From assembly GCF_009914755.1 (NCBI RefSeq), contig NC_060937.1: 64,000 nt of DNA; one strand, given 5' to 3'. Every line of letters starts with the position of its first letter. Position 1 is the first letter of the stretch. The notes beneath the pieces are model-generated. The model did no database searches. It saw only the letters and a list, made by a program, of their open reading frames with translations, and was not told the origin of the DNA. The position numbers were made by a program, and so were the translations under genes. The stretch comes from the human T2T-CHM13v2.0 reference genome, Homo sapiens. Of this stretch, positions 12,661 to 32,500 are shown piece after piece.

Positions 12661-13227
12661 ACTAGATGGCCACTTCCCATTATAATAAATGAAATCCAGT
12701 AATTTTAAGAATTAAAGTTGAGGTGCTATGGTTTCTCTGCCTTTAGATTCGCTTGAGAGATGTATTCAACATTTTGGCTTTTTAAGTCACTGCAAGTCTA
12801 GTTTACATGATATCCCCCTCACTCTGAGTATTGGCAGAAATAAACATAAAGCTGAAATAACTTACATTTCACCGAACAAATGTTTAAGGAATGATATTTA
12901 CCAGGTACTCCCATAGACATTGGGTACATAACTGTGAAATAGAGACACTGGCAAAGAGATAATATTAGAGTAGAGGGATAGGGAAATTAAAAAAGGTATT
13001 AATTGCTCATAAAAATTCTGTGAAATGGTGAGAGTAGACATTATTATCCCATTTAATTAAGAGGAAATTGACACACATTATTTAAGATTAGTCTAATCTC
13101 ATACATAGACTAATGATAGAACCAGAAGTAAGATCCTGGTCACCTGATCACAGATATCCCAAATAATCCACTTCAAGCAGGGTAGGGACAAGGGAAAAGG
13201 ATGTTCATGAGACATGAGCTGTACAGC

Positions 13228-14536
<1,309 letters not shown>

Positions 14537-15515
14537 TTAAAATATGTATAAGATTTTAAGCCAAACACTTTCATTTTTTCATATGAAAAGACAAAGAGTA
14601 TGAAATTGCCCTAGCCATGTAGCCACATAGAGAGTAGCAGAGAGATCTGCTGTGAGTTGTGCTGGAAAGGTCTTTCTGCATAATGTAAAACCAGCTTTGC
14701 AGGCTGCAGCAGCCAGTTCCTGCAAATGCATTACAGCATGGCTGATTCACAATGCTTAATCCTCAGCTTCTAAACCCACAGATCTATTTAAATAAACTCC
14801 CAATTCTTTTTTATTTGCTACATTTACAATGCAAGGTTTACTTTCAGAATGGGAAGGAATACCTAATACTCCCTCAGAGGGCTATTTCCATTCTAAAATA
14901 TAAGACTTGCAGAGCTGTGTTTCAGAAGTAATTGATTACCAGAGTAGATACATTCACAATTCAGTCATATTGGCCCCCTGTTTTTTTTTTTTTTTTGGCT
15001 CCTTGGGGGAAAAAAGTCACATGGCCAACTGATTTCATGCCCATCTGCAATGCAGACAAACATATTTTTATTTTTTAAAGCAAAACAAAATGGTCTTCCT
15101 GAGAAACGTTTAAGGATCCTTTCAAAATGGTCACAAATATTTGCAGCATTAAATTGCCAAGCTGCATTATAGATACTTCTGAACTAAATTTACTATTTCC
15201 TAGATAGCTGAAATAAGAAATTAGGAGAAATATGTAGGAAGAATATTCTTTCTTTATAAGTACTTTATATAAAGCCAATTATGCAGAGACAGATATGGCA
15301 TCTATATATGTGAATTCATTTATTAATATAAAATAAAAGCCTGGTGAGTGAAATTATGTAGTATACTCCCTTTGCCTTTCATCAAATTTTCAAACAGATG
15401 GTGCCTTTCTTTTCTATGTATGATCTGCTCAAGTGTCAAGTTAACCATTTAAAAAATTTGCTTTTCATAACAAGTCTTTTTTATTTAGAACTTTGTCATC
15501 AGTTTATAATTATTT

Positions 15516-15684
15516 TTCTTTTTAAAAATCTTTTTATTTTTAATTTTTGAGGTTACCTAGTGGGTTTATATATTTCTGGGGTACATGAGATGCTTTGATA
15601 TAGGCATGCAGTGCATTTGTTTCTTCTTTCTTGTTTATTCTTTTAATTTTTTAATTTTTAATTTTTGAGGGTACATCATAGGTT
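15516..15684 (-). mobile_element. Short L1 (L1MA/late L1PA) 3'-end insertion
   Basis: T-rich tail followed by TTT.TGGGGTACATGAGATG..TTGATA.AGGCATGCA; TTTATAATTATTTTT on both sides. Confidence 0.65.
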
Positions 15685-15729
15685 TTATAATTATTTTTTC
15701 AAAATTCAATCATAAAAGAAATACATATA

Positions 15730-15975
15730 CTGGGGTTTCTCAGTGTTAACACTATTGACATTTGGGGCTGAAAATTTATCATAGTGGTGGAGGGGGCTGT
15801 CTCATCATGCATTGTGGTATGATTAGCAACATTAGAGAGCTCTACCGACTAGGTTCCAGTAGTACCCTCCCCTCAGTTGCGAGTTGTCACATGTCAAAAT
15901 ATCTCCAGACAGTGCCAGTTGTTCCCTAGAGCAGGTAGAGGGCAGGGAGCAAAATTCCTGCATTAAGAATCACTG
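15730..15975 (+). mobile_element. MER20 (hAT-Charlie)
   Basis: ACTATTGACATTTGGGGC...TCTCCAGACA.TGCCA...AGAATCACTG. Confidence 0.8.
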
Positions 15976-16748
15976 ACATACACCTATGTCAGCTATGGAG
16001 CTCAGTGTGGTTTTCTTGTTCACCACTGAACACCAAAACATGCAGCAATTTATCATGCAGCAAAAATGCACCCAAGAAATACAATGGCTTAGAAGCAGGT
16101 CTAACATTGAACAGAATATGTGCAGACAAATTAATATTCATCCTGTGTGTTCTCCATAGGCCTGAGGTCCAATTTAGTCTCAGCCAAGACCCAGAGGAAT
16201 GCGAAAATGTCTAGATTTTAGAATATCTTTGGCTCCTTCCTGATTCAAAGTTAACTGGAGAGACTAATTTACCCTCCCCTCAGGCAGTTTAGGTATTCTT
16301 TGAAAGGGCCTGACATGGCCTCAGGAACTCTATCAGGAGTAATGCCTCATAAACATACACTGAAATAAAACTATAGGTTATAAGAAAAATTAGGCATAAA
16401 ATACTTAAGATTCTGAGTTGTCCTTGAACTTCCTAGTTGGCTTGTTGATTCATCATTTATCAAGTGGGTGCATCCCATGTGCCAGGCATGGTGTTAGACA
16501 CAGGAGATACAAAAAAGGAGTAGGATACTATCCTGCTTCAGAGAGATGAATCTGGTGTCAGGAAAATAAGAAGCACTATCATCTATGAAGGCCCTATAAT
16601 GGGGCTTCATGTAATACTCACAAAGTCCAGAATAGTAAATATCATCCACATTCTTAAAAACAAGGAACTAACATTCAAAGCTGTCAAGTAATTTACACAA
16701 TTTTACAGAGCTAGTAAGTGTCAGAAATCACATTTGAAGCCATATATG

Positions 16749-21641
<4,893 letters not shown>

Positions 21642-21980
21642 CCTTCACCCACGAAGTCATATTGTTTTTCCTGATACCTGCCCAGGCTCTTTTGTAGGTG
21701 CCAAACCACTAAAATTACTATTGAGGACCTAAATTTTTCAAATCTCTTTCCTCAGGTATCACCCAAAATATTTTTTCACATTATATATTTTTTAACATTG
21801 ATATTAAAAATCTTTGAACATGCACTTAAAGGTCAGAAAGGATATAAATTCTGGTGTATTATAAATATGATATTTTAATAAAACTGATGTTACTTTTTTT
21901 TCAATGTGTCCAATGTTATCTAAATTTCATCCATCTTGATTTCTACCATCACCCACTTAAAAAAGTAAAGTAAAAGGTCA

Positions 21981-22278
21981 GGCTGGGCATGGTGGCTCAT
22001 GCCTGTAATCCAAGCACTTTGGGAGGTCAAGGCAGGAGGATCACTTGAGCCCAGGTGTTTGAGACCAGCTTGGGCAGCATGGCAAAACCTCATCTCTACA
22101 AAAAATAGAAAAATTATCCAGGTATGGTGGCATGCACCTGTAGTCCCAGCTATTCATGAGGCTGAGGTGGGAGGATTGATTAAGCTCTGGAAGTCAAGGC
22201 TGCAGTGAGATGTAACCATGCCACTATACTCCAGCCTGGGTGACAGAGGAAGACCCTGTCTCAAATAATAATAACAAT
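21981..22278 (+). mobile_element. AluJ
   Basis: GGATCACTTGAGCCCAGG, GGAGGATTG; TSD TAAAGTAAAAGGTCA. Confidence 0.93.
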
Positions 22279-22966
22279 AAAGTAAAAGGTCAAATTACAA
22301 ATTGGGACAGAATATTTGTTAAATATATCCCATTCAAAAAATTAATATCCTAATATATAAAGAGATTTTATAAGTAGGGAAAAAATCCAACAGCTCTATA
22401 GAAAAATGGGCTATAGAAATGAACATAATGATTCACAGAAAAGTAGATCACAATGCAAATGGCATTTAAACATATGAAAAGATTATCCGTCTTGCTCATA
22501 AGATAAATGCGTATTAAAACTACACAGAGATTCCATTTCTCATCTATTAGATAAGCAAAATGCCAAAACTTTAATAGCATTCTCTTTTAGCAAGAGGAAA
22601 GAGGCACTTGATGCACTGCTGGTGGGAATGCAAACACGGCATAACCCCTATGAAGGGGAATTTGATAGTATCTGGCAGAGCTCCCTGTGTATTAATCCCT
22701 AGATCCAGAACTGCATTCATTTCACTTTCCCAAAAATGCAGAGACAAAAATGCAAAAAGACAGATGCATACTACATCGTGGCATTATTTGTAAAAACAAA
22801 AGACCTAAAAGAGTCAAACATATGTCAGCAAAGGACTGCTTGGATAAATTATGGCATATCCATGCAATGGAATGCTAAGGTGTTTGAACAAAGAAATAAA
22901 CGTTCCTGAACAAAGAAATAAAGATTATCTCTATGTACTGCTATGGAGTTGACACAGATGTATTGT

Positions 22967-23386
22967 TGATATACTTTGGATATGTGTCCTCGCCCAGATC
23001 TCATGATGAATTGTAATCCCCAGTGTTGGAGGTGGCATCTGGCAGGAGGTGACTGGATCTTGGGGGTGGATTTCTCATGGATAGTTTAGCACCATTCTCT
23101 TGGCGCTGTTCTCATGATAGTGAATTCTCGTGAGATCTGGTTGTTTAAAAGTGTGTAGCACCTCCCTTCTTTTTGTTCCTGCACTCGCTATGTGAGATGC
23201 CTGCTCCCCCTTCTCCTTCTGCCATGATTGTAAGTCTCCTGAAGTCTCCCCAGAAGCCAAGCCAATGCCAGCATCATGCTTCCTGTATAGCTGCCTGTGG
23301 AACCATGAGCCAATTAAACCTCTTTTCTTTATAAATTACCCAATCTCAGGTATTTCTTTATAGCAATGTGAGAATGAACTAATACA
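22967..23386 (+). mobile_element. MSTA/B solo LTR
   Basis: TGATATACTTTGGA..TGTAATCCCCAGTGTTGGAGGTGG ... GAACTAATACA; TSD ATTGT/ATTCT. Confidence 0.9.
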
Positions 23387-25128
23387 ATTCTTAAATGAAA
23401 AGATCAAGAGAGGGAGAAGGAATGTATAGTGTATTATAGTTTAGGACAGAAGGAATACTTGTATGTGTATTTATAACACACATATGCTATATATAATTTT
23501 AAAACAACAATAGAAGGATAGTCTAGAACTTGTTTTCAATGGCTGCCTATTGAAAGAGCAAGGAAATGGGGTGGAAGTAATAGAGATAGAAGCTAGGACT
23601 CATTTTGTATTACATATTTGAGTTCAGAACCATTAATATCTTACAGAATTATAGAACAATATTAAATTTTTAAAAATCCATAAAAAATAAAAGTGAACAA
23701 AATTAAGCTAAATATGTATCCACTTGGTGATATAACCATACAGAGAAGAAGTTGGTGTGATTTGCAAAAATGAATATTAAGTGTTTCTGGTACTTATGGT
23801 GGGTAGTAATAATGTTGGTTTTATCATTCTGAAACCCGTGTGCATATGTCATGGCATGAAACCATGACTATTATATGATATTCTACCATCCCTAGTGTTT
23901 TTTGAGAACCAGGATTATCACTACAGGAAAAGAAAAGACAGATATATGATTACAGCAGAGAAGTACACTGTAGTACTAAATTTAAGTTGAAATCATGAAT
24001 ATAAACTCATGATTATTTTGTTTTAAAAATGCATTCTTACACACATGTACATTTCTTCTATCTATCTAATGAAAAGGCTTAGAAACAATGACTAGTGTAG
24101 TAGCAATGAAATCCCCAGTTGTGGTTTCAAAATTCCATTTTGACTAAAAGGAAAGAGAACTCCTTGGAGAAATGACTAATTTCAGGAATAGAAAATGTTT
24201 ATGATGATCCTGAAAGGTCTTATCATATGTAAAATCCGGGAAGCTATTAATAATTACTGGGGTCATGTAATTTTTTATTAGGGTCAGGATCCAACTTCAA
24301 GAGGCTCTCATTGACCAAAGATGGTAAACTTTAAGAAAAAGAACCATATTACCAGTAATGGCTTAAAGCATATCAAATATGTTTAAATCCATTAGTTTCT
24401 AGTGCCACTAAAAGCAATAACAACTAATAATTCACCACTAGAGGATCTCGGTGGATAAGGTCATTATTTTGAAAAATGGTAAATGAAAAGAATCAAGCAT
24501 GAATCCTTCCTTTCCAATATGAATTGTACCAAGACATAACCAAATAGTAGATGGGAGAAGTTATTAAATTTAGAATAATTAATAGAATATACTAATGATT
24601 AATTCAAATATACTGCACTAATTCTGTATATTACCATTTGCAATTCTTGAGAAAATAATCATTCTAGGCATCGAATGACTCCAGCTGCTAACATCACAAA
24701 AAAGAAATAACCAGATATTAGATGTCTCTTAATGAAAGAAGGCAGCACCATTTGTGAAGTAGTTTTACCTAAAGATATTGAACCACAGTCTATTTGTGCT
24801 TTTAGATGCAACTATCAATTTATAGAAAACACGGAGGATAAAGGAATATGTTAAATGCAATCATCAAAGTCCAGTCTGTGTGAAATTTTAGAGAAAACAC
24901 AATCTAATTTCTTCAACAAATAATTTAGTAAGGAAAAATAATTAAAAGAGAGAGAAAACTTGAGGTTGTGTGTGAATGTGAGAGAAGGAGGGGTAGGTGG
25001 AAAGAGAGAAGTAGTCAAATCCATAAATTAAAAGACTTTAGAGCCATATAACTAATTTTTATGTGTGGACTTTATTTGAACTCTGATTTAAACAAACTTA
25101 AAAAATCTGGGTTAGAAATATAAGCACT

Positions 25129-25356
<228 letters not shown>

Positions 25357-26775
25357 AGAAATAGAAGCACTGACTGGATATTTGATGATACTAAAAATTA
25401 TTGATAATTGTAGGTATCACAATGACATTGTGGTTATGTTTTTAAAATGTCCTTATCTTTTAGAGATATATACTACAATTTTACTGATGAATTGACACAA
25501 TGACTGGAATTTGCTTCAAAATAATGTAGGTAAGGGAGATGTAGGTGGACGTGCAGATCAAACAGTATCGGCATGAGTCAGTAACTATGGCAGCTAGATA
25601 ATGTGTACGTGAGGGTTCATGGCTACTCTTCTATCTAGTCTTGCTTATGTTTAAAAATTTTCACAATAAAAAGATGAAAACATCCACTAACAAGCTTGTT
25701 TTAAACAGTTTTAACAGTTTTTAACAGGTGCCTTTTCTTAAAATCCATTCCCGTTGCCCATCAGTATTTTGTCCTAATGTAATGAAAATCAATAAAAAGC
25801 ATTTTGTTGATCACTAATTTATATTTCTACAACAAAAATAAGTATATAAAGATAGATTTTTAATCTTTAAAATTTTCATGCTGTGATGAGGTTCTAAGTG
25901 TTTCTTCCGTGTTTAACAATTATTTGTTGTAATTATTGATTACTGATAATACATAATTGATTAGAATTTTAAAAATAAACATGACATTTGTTGATAAATA
26001 ATTATCAAAGGTAAAAGCACAATTTTTAAAAATGCATCTTTTAATGTGGTAAGGAAAGAATAGGGAAACTTAATTAAGGGAGGCTTTATGTTTTTAACTG
26101 TTCTTTTGTTTGGTACACTAGGCCAATATATAAAATGTAATTAGAATCCAACTTGAAGTTTGAAGTCTAGCCATAATCTAACAAAGAAAGTTTTCAGGAA
26201 AAATCCTCAGATTAGTTTGTATTTTAAAGTTTGTCTTTATCTTTTCTTAAAAATTAAGCAGATAGGAGAGAAGCAGAAAATCAGGTAGGAGGGAGGAGAA
26301 TAATAACACTGACTAAAGGATTTGCATTGATTTGGGGACACCCTGGACCACCCTCCTGATTACAGTCTGGATTTGAATTCAATAAAACCTTCAGTATGCA
26401 TTTCCCTATAGAACTTCACCTGGCAAGGAAGTCACAAAATTCTAAAGTGAGTTAAGGTTGCCAAATCCTTGGGAGTTGGAGGGCACATAATCAACAAGAA
26501 CCTACCTAGAGAACTTTAAGATAATAAAATCTGGAATGAATTTTAACTAGGGATAAAAATCTAGAACAGCTGTGGATCTCCTAAGACCATGTGGTCCAAA
26601 CCTACAGTGGTAAGTAGCCTCAGAAGTCAATTAAAATTAGAACATAACAGATCTATTTAATGTCAGGGCCAAATAAATAAATGAGCAATTACTAAAGAAG
26701 TTGGAAGAAAATTCTAATTTGAAAATAATTGATAATTTTCACCATATCTCAGGAAGTTTAAGAATTTCCAAAAAT

Positions 26776-27225
26776 TGAAATTGGCCCAATTTCCACATAG
26801 AAATGATATTTACAGATTTTTGAATACACGTAGAAATTGACCCTCCCAGTCTTAAAACTTGAAACTTATATTTGTCTCATCTGAGATTCTTTCTAAGGAA
26901 AGCAACCCTCAGGCAAGGGATGGAAACTCACCAGATCACTCCATTTAGACAATGAGACGCCAGAACCATTATTCATCATGATTGCTTCCTTACAGCTCCC
27001 TAATTGTGGTTTTCCCACACTTGTAGTTACATTTCTTCCCCCACATATAAACCCCCCAGTTTCAATTGATCAGAGAGATGGATTTGAGACTGATCTCTCA
27101 TGTTCCTCTGCTGATGTCACCCGAATAAAAAGCCCTCTTCCCTGGCAATACTCACACTCTCTGTGATTGGCTTTCTGTGCTGCAAGCAATGGGACCTAGA
27201 CCAAACCACTGGCATTTCAGCCACA
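26776..27225 (+). mobile_element. ERV1 solo LTR (LTR54-like), related to 21120-21641
   Basis: Shared GTAGAAATTGACCCTCC and GTGATTGGCTTTCT; TG..CA ends. Confidence 0.8.
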
Positions 27226-27396
27226 AATGCATGGCTATATGAAAAGTATATGATTTTCCCTAGAAAAACAAAATGAAATGAGACATTTGCCCAATAAAAG
27301 TCACTTAGAATTTCAGATTTATATAAAGTGTAAAAATTATTATTAAAAAATTCCAATACGGTGGGTTCAATAACTTGCATAAAATTAGGATGTGGT

Positions 27397-28135
27397 TGAA
27401 ACCACCTTTGCAGAAGTTATAACAGTGAGAAAATTAAGACAGTGGAAGAGACCCAATCAAACCAACTCCATCTTGCCTTTAACCTCCAAACTGCCCTTGG
27501 TCATTCCTGGATGTGGGCCAGCCAACTTTGGGAGAAATTTGGTTTATGGTTTAAGTGATAATACTGCTTCCCAAAACTAAACTGTCTTTATAAAACTAAA
27601 ACATGGTCACAGGTTAGAATTATGAAAGGGGCCTGAATTCTGCTAAGATGTAGGCATAGTTAAATGATTGCCAGCCATTGTTCTGGAGGTCACATGATTT
27701 GTAACTTCCCCAATTACTCCTATGAATAACATGACTATTGTAGAATCTAAAATTGACCTTTTGAGATGTCTTTTCAGACTTTTGCATTGCTGAAGACCAT
27801 ATGAATACACCTGGACATGTGACTCATGACTCAACTGGTCCTGTAGCCCCCACCCAGAAGCAAACTCAGTGCAGGAAAATCATTTTCCACACCCAATTAC
27901 ATCCCCAACCAATCAGCAGCACCCATTCCCTAGCTCTGACCTGCCTAACTACCTTTAAAAAACCCTCACTTCCAAAGTTTGGGGGAGGCTGATTTGAGTA
28001 GCAATAAAACTCCAGTCTCCCATTTAGCTGGTTCTATGTATATTAAACTCTTTCTCTATTGTAGTTCCCCTGTCTTGATAAATTGGCCCTATCTGGGCAG
28101 TGAGCAAGATGAATCAGTTGCTCAGGTGATTATGT
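27397..28135 (+). mobile_element. LTR8/LTR8A solo LTR
   Basis: TGAAACCACCTTTGCA...ACTCCATCTTGCC...AATAAAACTCCAGTCTCC. Confidence 0.85.
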
Positions 28136-28675
28136 AGTCATTTCCAAGTATGGGAGCAGAAGTTAGGGAAGATAAACCAAGAAATAGAGGTAAGGTAATC
28201 TCATAAGATGATACATTAAGTATCTAAATTTATGCTCAATTTCAAAGTCTTAGATCACCTAAATTTCAAAATATCAATTTAAGGAGACACTTCATCCAAC
28301 CATTCATAACCTTTAACACTACCAGCTAATATTTGAAACAACTAGAATAAGTAAACCACTGCAATACAGGAAGAAGAAAATAGCAGATTCACATACTGAG
28401 AAACTGATCTCTATTATTCAAAATCAATTATTTTGACAGATTTGTAAATTAAGCCTAGGAATATTTTCTCTCAAACTCCTACTTGGTAAATTGCAAATGC
28501 AATTAGTGGAAATGCATTCAGATTTACTTGAATGAAGTGAATGTCAAAAATAAGTAGACAGCTAATAGTTTTATTACTGTCTAGTTCTTCTGAAACTCAA
28601 AGGCATTTTTAATTACCGAAGTGAAATGTTCCATGATGTTACAAAAATCTTTGAAGTGAGACCAGTTTAAAGTAT

Positions 28676-29163
28676 AAAACATTTGTTTTTAAAATGTTTC
28701 TGACTTTCAAAAAACTCTCCAAGAAATTAGGAAATTATGTAAATATGCAAAACATATCCACAATATTTAGCCCTCAAACTTAAAAAAAAATGCTTTGTTG
28801 GCATAAACTCATTAGAAAACAAATAAGAGTTAATGTTTTAAAGAAGAACAACATAGATTATAAAGTAATTTCCAGCCCTGAAAATTTTCTTGTGCTACAT
28901 GAAGATATTGTGGAAATGGCTGGGCCTTGCTAATTCCCTGACAAAGAGCTGAGAATCTGATCCTCCAGAGGGACAGAATTCCCATTATCACTTGAAATTG
29001 AGACTAAATGAGGTAATAGATATGCTATACCTTTGCATTTTATTAATGCCTATACAAATATAAGGTACCATCATTGATAGTACTAAAAGTCAAATTACCA
29101 AAAACATTTGTTTCTAAAATATTTTTGACTTTCAAAAAACACTCCAAGAAATCAGAAAATTAT
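28676..29163 (+). repeat. 63-bp dispersed direct repeat (28676-28738 and 29101-29163)
   Basis: 57/63 identical, ungapped. Confidence 0.9.
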
Positions 29164-29659
29164 ACAACCTTTCAATTTCAAATTATTTCAACGCCAAAGA
29201 AGGTCCATGCAGAGATGCAAGAAGAAAACAAGAATTAGACTGGGCTAAAATAAAATGAATTAATTATCAGGTGTACTTTGGTGAATTGAAGATAATCAAA
29301 ATGTGGAATGCAGAAAGTGTGCAATTCAGAGCGCTGAAGATGGGAACAATTCACTGTAGACCCTTGACTGACTGCTTATAAATCATGGTCAGAGTGCTCC
29401 TAACTGATTTCACCTGCATTTTGAGATCAGCCCTGACCTAGAGTGACCCTAGGGAAAGAAGTAGATTGGAGTTATTTCTTGGGATTTGGACCCAGAGACT
29501 CCTGAAGTGTCCTCAAGAGCCACTAATAGAATGTGAATGGGTTTCTCAGTGTCCATACACTTAACAAGTATGGGCTTGTTAACAAAGTAAAGGGGCTAAA
29601 GTGGGACCGAGAAGAGGGCAGCTGCAGAGTTGGAAGCTTCAAATCCTTTCTTTCCTACA

Positions 29660-29947
29660 TAATGATACATTTCAGGCATCCCAGTGGATGCCCGAAATTG
29701 TGCATAGTACCAACCCCTATATAAACTATGTTTTTTCCTATATGTACCTACCTATGATAAAATTAACTTATAAATTGGGCACAGTAGGAGATTAACAACA
29801 ATATCTAATTATAAAATAGAACAATTAAAACAATATACTGTAATAAAAGTTATGTGAATGCAGTCTGTCTGAAAATATCTTATTGTACTGTACCACTGTA
29901 AATTCAAACTCTGGAGAGTGAAACCGCAGAGAAGTGGGCACTACTGT
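29660..29947 (+). mobile_element. MER44A-like (Tigger7-derived)
   Basis: CCCAGTGGATGCCCGAAA..ATAGTAC; CACAGTAGGAGATTAACAACAATA; ends CTACTGT. Confidence 0.8.
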
Positions 29948-30419
29948 CCTCTTTCCATCTTTCCTTATTGATGCTTTTTTCCAATATGTGATTTGCATGG
30001 CTCATGTCCTCCACTATTCTGTTTACTGACACACTTCTTTGCCTCATCACAGCCATTCCTCTCCCCTAACAACTCCTCTTCCAAAACACAAGCTCTTGCA
30101 CTTGAACACTGCCTGCCTTTTGCCTGCAGAAAGAAAAGCAGTGCCTTCAAAAGAGTACCTCCACAGTGACCTGTTAGGACTTTTATGACATAGGGAGAGC
30201 AGTTCCTCATTGACCTTTAAAAAGTTTCCTCCACAATAAATTGTGCTGCCTGCCATATTGCATCATTGAAAATATGACATTTTCTATTGGAGAACAAGTT
30301 ACTCAAGCCAAATCATTTTTCTAAACTCACCGTAGCCTGGAATAACCATTTATTATTAAAACAATGACCTTTTAGAAAGTATGGTTATTGGTCTCTGTCA
30401 TATTGTTTGAGCACTCCCA

Positions 30420-30570
30420 AGCTCTATGACCTTGGGCAACTTAACCTCCCTGAGCCTTGGTTTCTTCATCTAGAAAATGTAGACATTAATAAAGCCTGTA
30501 TCACAAAGTTGTGAAGATCAAATGAAATCATCCATGTAAAGCTCTTAGGACTCTTTTAGCACAAAGTAAG
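30420..30570 (+). mobile_element. MIR
   Basis: TGACCTTGGGCAACTTAACCTCCCTGAGCCT..GTTTC.TCATCT. Confidence 0.75.
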
Positions 30571-31179
30571 GAAAATCTTAGCAGCTGCTGATGCTGTTGC
30601 TGTAGTTGTATTTATTATTGTTGTTGATTTTGTTACTATCATTATATGTGTAAAGGATATGCTTTTTTCATTTTCCCTGGGATCTAGTTAGTCCAGTTTT
30701 CACAATTATCATCTCACACATAGACACGGAAAAGAATCCAAAAGTTAAAAATACACAAAATTACTTTGGCTACATCCCTTATACATGAGGAGACATTAGT
30801 ATATTTTAAATAGTCTGTGAAAAGAAAAGAAAGGGGGAAAGTTCAGAATGTGGATGTAAGATAAAGGCTCTAAAAGGAGGAGAGACATTCCCAAGACTCT
30901 GGGCTAGGGATGGAAGAATGTTATGAGAGTTTCATGAGATCCCGGTGCACTCACATCATTAGAAAGCTTTTAATTTGGGCACCTTCATAATCTTCCTTGT
31001 TCAAAAGTGTTAACCTTGGTCTATTACAATGCCCTTACTCTCCTTAATACACGAGATTTTTCTCAATGAATTGCTTGCCTTGCCCTCCAAAGCCACGTTC
31101 CTCAATCTTACTTTCTCTTTTAGTTATCATCCACAAACTTCACCAAGCTTATACTTATGCTGCAGTGTGTGATCCATCT

Positions 31180-32500
31180 GACAGTCACTTCTTCACCTTT
31201 TGCAATCTGGCATACAACCCATCACTCAATGAAAAATATTCTCTCTGTGACCTCTTGCTCAGCTATGTCCTTGTATTTGTGAGCTCCAAAGGTCTGTTCT
31301 CTCAGTGCTGGTCTTCCAGGGCAGCTTCAAAGCATCTAATCCTCTCCTTCCCTTGGTGATACCATTCTTCCTTGGCTTCTATGATACTGCCCTCTCCTGG
31401 TTCTTGTTTGTGTGTCTCTGGTCACTGAGCCTTCCCCTCTAGTTCCTCTTCCTCTGCCTCTCCCTTAAGTGTACATATTCCCTAAGGTTCTGTCCTTAAT
31501 CTTCCTTTTTCTCATTACTCCTTCCTCTAACTACAGTTATCTTGATTTTGAAGACCCAGGCTGCCAAATCTCCATCTCCGCTAGCACGATTCTGGAGCTG
31601 CATCCAGAGGGCCACCTTAGAGGTCTACCATGCCTCAGCTCAAGAGTCCCCTCATCCAGGTGTGCTTCTCCTCGGTGCTTTATTTCTTAATTAATTGCAC
31701 CTTCATCAACTCTACCCTTCCGATTTAGAAGCCTCAGTATTATCTTTGATTTGTATTTCTGTGTCAATCACAAATAAAATCAACAATCAAACCCAATTAC
31801 TTCTGTCTACAACATCTTATTTCCAATATCTGGCTCTTTCCTCCTCAAAAATCTTCAATGGATCCCAATTGCCCCTCGAGAATAGAATGAAGATTTTTAA
31901 GAATGAGATCAAAATATTACTAGGCAATGATCTTCCTTTTGGGCATGAATACTCATTATCTTCATGAATTCTATGCTTTTTCTTCTACCAGATATTTCCT
32001 GATCATACAAACACTTTCAAGCTTTTGAATCTTGGCACATGAAATTGCCCTAAGCTGGAATATCCTTTCTTCTCTCCAACTACTGGAATCCTATCTATCT
32101 TTCAAGTTCAAATACCAACTTCTCTCTGTAGCCTTCTTTGATATTCACAGAATTCATCCCTCTTTATGCTGTGATCATATATGATTTTGTGTTAACACAT
32201 TTAAAGCATTTAAGTCATGCTTATTAACACATTTTCTTTACCTGAATTTCAGACTCATATTTAATTCCCCAACAATCATCTCCACTGGGTTAACCCTCAA
32301 GTCCCTCAGATTCATTACACTCAAGTTGAACACACCCTGCTGACTGGACTTGGTCTTCCTGCAGTGTGCTTTCTGCTGGGAGTCACCCTTCATTCTTCCA
32401 TCTCTTTCTAATTTCACACCCTGCCTAAATGATTCTAGCTTCTAAATATCTTTCTAAGGTATTCACATCTCTTCCCCCACTATTAATAAACTAGTTCATA
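31180..32500 (+). mobile_element. L2 fragments
   Basis: Pyrimidine-rich; CTTCCTTGGCTTCTATGATACTG.CCTCTCCTGGTT and other L2-like motifs. Confidence 0.55.
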
